A stretch of 61,910 nucleotides of DNA, filler included, from Pseudomonadota bacterium (GTDB lineage: Bacteria; Desulfobacterota; Desulfobacteria; Desulfobacterales; JBDRRP01): NCBI GenBank assembly GCA_043825735.1. It is 4 parts of 4 records of this genome, joined end to end, with 100 filler letters (N's around TTAATTAATTAA, not from the genome) between each part and the next. Parts side by side here need not be neighbours in the genome. Positions count along the whole stretch, not along the records: positions 58,650 to 61,910 come from JBDRRP010000049.1; 3 more parts are not named here. The stretch is one strand, 5' to 3'. The position numbers and the translations under genes are program-made. The notes beneath the pieces were generated by a model. The model was not told where the DNA came from and ran no database searches. It saw only the letters and a program-made list of their open reading frames with translations. Positions 58,686-61,910 of the stretch are shown piece after piece (positions within the stretch are counted from its first letter, which is position 1; each line of letters begins with the position of its first letter).

Positions 58686-61169
58686 CTATCCGCACTTGGT
58701 AAATCCGCAGAAATGACAGGTCATGCACCCTTCCTCGAAACTGATGGTCTGGTTGCATTCGGGGCAGGATTCGCCCATGAGGCTGTTACCGTGTTTCTGC
58801 CGATCGATGGCTTCCTTGCTGAGGTAGCGATTTTCAAGCACGCGGCTGATGGCGTCAGGGATGGAAAGCACCAACCCGCCTTCCTGAAAAACCGGGTGTT
58901 CGCCGCCGATGCCCTTGAGTTGATCGACAATACGGCCGACCTCGACGCCAGAGCGCAGGCTCAAGGATACCAGACGCCCGATGGCCTCGGTCTTGGCCGT
59001 CGTCGATCGGCCCGACTTGCCGATGGTGGCAAACACCTCGAAGGGCCGTCCCTCGTATTCGGTTACCGTAACATACAGGTAGCCGTAACCGGTTTTGATG
59101 CGGGTGGTGAACCCCTCCAGGGTATCCGGCCGGCGCTTCACGGCCCCGAGCGGCGTTTCATTGGTCTGCTGTTTTTTGATGGACAGGACCTGGTTTTTCT
59201 TGCTGCCGTCCCTGTAGATGGTGACGCCTTTGCAATCCAGTTCGTAAGCCAGGTCATAGACCTTTTGAACGTCTTCCTGGGTGGCGTCATGGGGCAGGTT
59301 GACCGTCTTTGAAACCGCGTTGTCGGTATACTTTTGGAAGGCCGCCTGCATGCGAACATGCCACTCCGGCGTCACGTCATGAGCCGTTACGAACACCTTG
59401 CGGATCTCTTCGGGTATCTCCGGCATTTCCTGGATACTGCCGCTGGCAGCAATGCGGTCCATCAGTTCCTTTGAGTAGAATCCGTTTTTGCGGCTGACCA
59501 TCTCAAAGCTCGGATTCACCTCCAGAAGCTTGTCGTTGTCCATGACCGTGCGCACGAAGCTTAAGGCAAAGAGCGGTTCGATTCCGCTGGAGCAGCCGGC
59601 AATGATGCTCAGGGTGCCGGTCGGGGCGATGGTGGTGCATGTGGCGTTGCGATAACGGGCCATCTTTCGATTTTTGAAGATGCTTTTATTGAAATTTTTA
59701 AAAACGCCGCGCTCCTCGGCCAGCGCCTTGGAGGCTTCGTGGGATTCCTGCTGAATGAAGGCCATGGTGTCCTCGGCCAGCTTCAGGGCCCCTTCTGAAT
59801 TGTAGGGGACCCCCAGGTGGTACAGCAGGTCGGCAAAGCCCATGATGCCCAGGCCGATCTTCCGGTTGCCCTTGACCATCTCGTCGATCGCTTCGATGGG
59901 GTATTGGGACATATCGATGGTATTGTCGAGAAACCGTACCGAATCCCAGACCACCGACTTGAGGGCGTCATAATCGATGACGGGTCCCTCGCCCAGATCG
60001 TGAACGAACTTGGCCAGGTTGATCGAGCCCAGGTTGCAGGCCTCCATTGGCAAAAGCGGCTGCTCGCCGCAGGGGTTGGTGCTTTCGATCTCCCCGATCT
60101 CGGGTGTCGGGTTGTCCCTGTTCAGCCGGTCGAGAAACACAATGCCGGGGTCACCGGTCTTCCAGGCCTGCCGAACGACATCGCTGTATACGTGGCGGGC
60201 GTTCAGGGTGCCGACGACGGTTTTGTGCCGGGGCTCGACCAGCTCGTAGTCGGTATCCTTGATCACGGCGTCCATGAAGGCGTCGGTAATGCCAACGGAG
60301 ATATTGAAGTTGTTCAGCTCGCCTTCGTTGTCCTTGCAGTGGATAAATTCCAGGATATCCGGGTGATCGATTCGCAAAATGGCCATGTTGGCGCCGCGCC
60401 GGGTGCCGCCCTGTTTGACCTGTTCGGTGGCGGTGTTGAAGATGCGCATGAACGATACCGGACCGGAGGCCACCCCCTGGGTGGATCCAACCAGACTGTT
60501 CTTGGGGCGCAGCCGGGAGAAGGAGAACCCGGTTCCCCCACCGCTTTTGTGAATCATCGCGGCATTTTTCAGCGAGTCGAAAATGCCGTCCATGCAGTCT
60601 TCCACGGGCAGCACGAAACACGCCGCCAGCTGCCCGAGTCGGCGCCCGGCGTTCATCAGCGTCGGTGAATTGGGCAAAAACGTGAACTCGGTCATCAGTC
60701 GGTAGAATCGGTCTTCATAGGCCTGCAGGTCGGCCTTTTTGTCGTAGTTCTTCTCGGCCTTGGCAATATGGCGGGCCACACGGCGAAACATCTCTTCGGG
60801 GGTCTCAATGACCTGACCGTCGGCATCCTTTTTCAGATAACGGCGCTCGAGCACCTGTCGGGCATTGTCGCTGAGGTCCACACCGTTTTTCACGAAAATG
60901 GATTTGTCCAGGTGCACCGGCTGCATTTTGTCCAATCCGAATTCCAGCAGCTTGGACTCGATGAGTTTTTCAATGATGGGCAGTGTGATGGTGTTCAGAT
61001 CCATCTTGGCGATCTCCTGCCGGATGAATCGACTGATATTCAAGGCTTCTTCCGGGGCCATGGGGTTTCCCCGGATGAGCATATCGGAAAACCGATGGTC
61101 ATCCCAACGGTAAGCGTCCAGATCGAATTTTGCATCTTCCGTGATGAGTACTTTCGCGCCGTTTGCCAT
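58686..61169 (-). CDS. nrdJ: Adenosylcobalamin-dependent (class II) ribonucleotide reductase
   Basis: PNSPTLMNAG, ACFV, RRGANM, TNPCGEQPL...CNLGS, TIAPTGT, a C-terminal TSCPD-like domain and CPEC..CHFC. AGGAG RBS before the ATG at 61169. Confidence 0.95.
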   Translation of the reverse strand: MANGAKVLITEDAKFDLDAYRWDDHRFSDMLIRGNPMAPEEALNISRFIRQEIAKMDLNTITLPIIEKLIESKLLEFGLDKMQPVHLDKSIFVKNGVDLSDNARQVLERRYLKKDADGQVIETPEEMFRRVARHIAKAEKNYDKKADLQAYEDRFYRLMTEFTFLPNSPTLMNAGRRLGQLAACFVLPVEDCMDGIFDSLKNAAMIHKSGGGTGFSFSRLRPKNSLVGSTQGVASGPVSFMRIFNTATEQVKQGGTRRGANMAILRIDHPDILEFIHCKDNEGELNNFNISVGITDAFMDAVIKDTDYELVEPRHKTVVGTLNARHVYSDVVRQAWKTGDPGIVFLDRLNRDNPTPEIGEIESTNPCGEQPLLPMEACNLGSINLAKFVHDLGEGPVIDYDALKSVVWDSVRFLDNTIDMSQYPIEAIDEMVKGNRKIGLGIMGFADLLYHLGVPYNSEGALKLAEDTMAFIQQESHEASKALAEERGVFKNFNKSIFKNRKMARYRNATCTTIAPTGTLSIIAGCSSGIEPLFALSFVRTVMDNDKLLEVNPSFEMVSRKNGFYSKELMDRIAASGSIQEMPEIPEEIRKVFVTAHDVTPEWHVRMQAAFQKYTDNAVSKTVNLPHDATQEDVQKVYDLAYELDCKGVTIYRDGSKKNQVLSIKKQQTNETPLGAVKRRPDTLEGFTTRIKTGYGYLYVTVTEYEGRPFEVFATIGKSGRSTTAKTEAIGRLVSLSLRSGVEVGRIVDQLKGIGGEHPVFQEGGLVLSIPDAISRVLENRYLSKEAIDRQKHGNSLMGESCPECNQTISFEEGCMTCHFCGFTKCG

Positions 61170-61497
61170 GGTCCTTCTCCTGAGATTGCCTATTGTTGGC
61201 CTTAAAGATTGGGCTGATTCCAACGACGTCACTGCCATCGTGATGGTAACACCGGCTTCACCGTGTCATTCCTTTTCGGCCCGCGCCGGATGAGCTCTGG
61301 CGTTTCAGTCGATCTGAACCCGCAAGCCTACTAAAAAAGGAAACGACTGCCGTTTCCGATAGTAAGCACCGGACATATAAGATGCGGCCGAATCAGCCGG
61401 ATGACAACGCTAAAGGGAGTTAGTGTTGATAACGGTTCGTATCGCTGATCCTTCCGCCTTCCGAGATCCGGCCGGCGGAGATGATTGAAAGCCTGAC

Positions 61498-61545
61498 ATA
61501 CTACATATTGTATGTCAAGCGGAAAAACCCCCCTACATTTGACGA
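61498..61545. promoter_or_regulatory. Putative NrdR boxes upstream of nrdJ
   Basis: ATACTACATATTGTAT (61498-61513) fits the acaCwAtATaTwGtg consensus. A weaker second box lies 32 bp away, and the first abuts a minus-strand TTGACA. Confidence 0.6.
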
Positions 61546-61756
61546 TTATGGCCGGAATGCCGACACCCTTTTTTCTATCCTAAAACAGAAAAACGCGCCC
61601 GAAATGACAACTAATTGCAATTTCTAAATTATTTTAGTATTCATCAACTGTATTCCATTCATTGTTTCCTTGACACTCAAATGGCGATTTTCCATAATCG
61701 CCTGGTTTTGACTTGGCACCGCAGAATCAACCGTCACCACAATGGGGAGGAACATC

Positions 61757-61910
61757 ATGTCCAACGCGTACACCGAAGCATACGAGCAGTCCTTGAGAGA
61801 TCCGGAATCCTTTTGGGGCAAGATTGCCGAAGACTGCCATTGGACCAAGAAGTGGGACAAAGTACTCGACGACAGTAAAAAGCCGTTTTACCGGTGGTTT
61901 GTCGGGGGCG
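61757..61910 (+). CDS. prpE: Propionyl-/acetyl-CoA synthetase, N-terminus (runs off the window)
   Basis: GGAGG RBS; MSNAYTEAYEQSLRDPESFWG...W.KKWDKVLDDSKKPFYRWFVGG. Confidence 0.7.
   Translation, partial: MSNAYTEAYEQSLRDPESFWGKIAEDCHWTKKWDKVLDDSKKPFYRWFVGG

Noticed and set aside
58686..61169. Intein or intron in nrdJ
   Set aside because: The catalytic motifs are contiguous and the length is normal, with no splicing motifs.
61170..61500. Cobalamin riboswitch upstream of B12-dependent nrdJ
   Set aside because: I could not identify a convincing B12-box and conserved core by eye. An Infernal/Rfam scan would settle it.

Overview
GC-rich deltaproteobacterial draft sequence (Desulfobacterales-like, inferred from gene content and repeat families). 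It consists of four contigs joined by artificial 100-nt N/TTAATTAATTAA linkers (26169-26268, 46286-46385, 58550-58649), so adjacency across the linkers means nothing. Contig 1 (1-26168) has an IS3 end inside mltC, a REC-MBL hydrolase, a divergent RelA/SpoT-like protein, two CZB chemoreceptors with cheW, a run of PAS/GAF hybrid kinases with a sigma54 regulator and a PAS-LuxR protein, and a gemA relic. Contig 2 (26269-46285) has a MalT-like regulator followed by a co-oriented sulfur/selenium-type cluster: rhodaneses, a DszB-like desulfinase homolog, an outer-membrane barrel, creA and a probable selenoprotein (signal peptide, 11 CxxCH, in-frame UGA with SECIS-like hairpin, tandem rhodanese). It continues with an RND efflux trio and ends in a group II intron 3' end inserted in a REP-like repeat. 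Contig 3 (46386-58549) is a phage tail module with a 2411-aa mosaic fibre and a radical SAM gene. Contig 4 carries class II RNR (nrdJ) with NrdR-like boxes and the start of an acyl-CoA synthetase. Intergenic DNA is full of palindromic MITE/REP-like families, some tandem or nested. The best candidate for an undescribed system is the Sec-multiheme-rhodanese / DszB-like cluster. All family assignments come from motifs recognised by eye; no searches were run.
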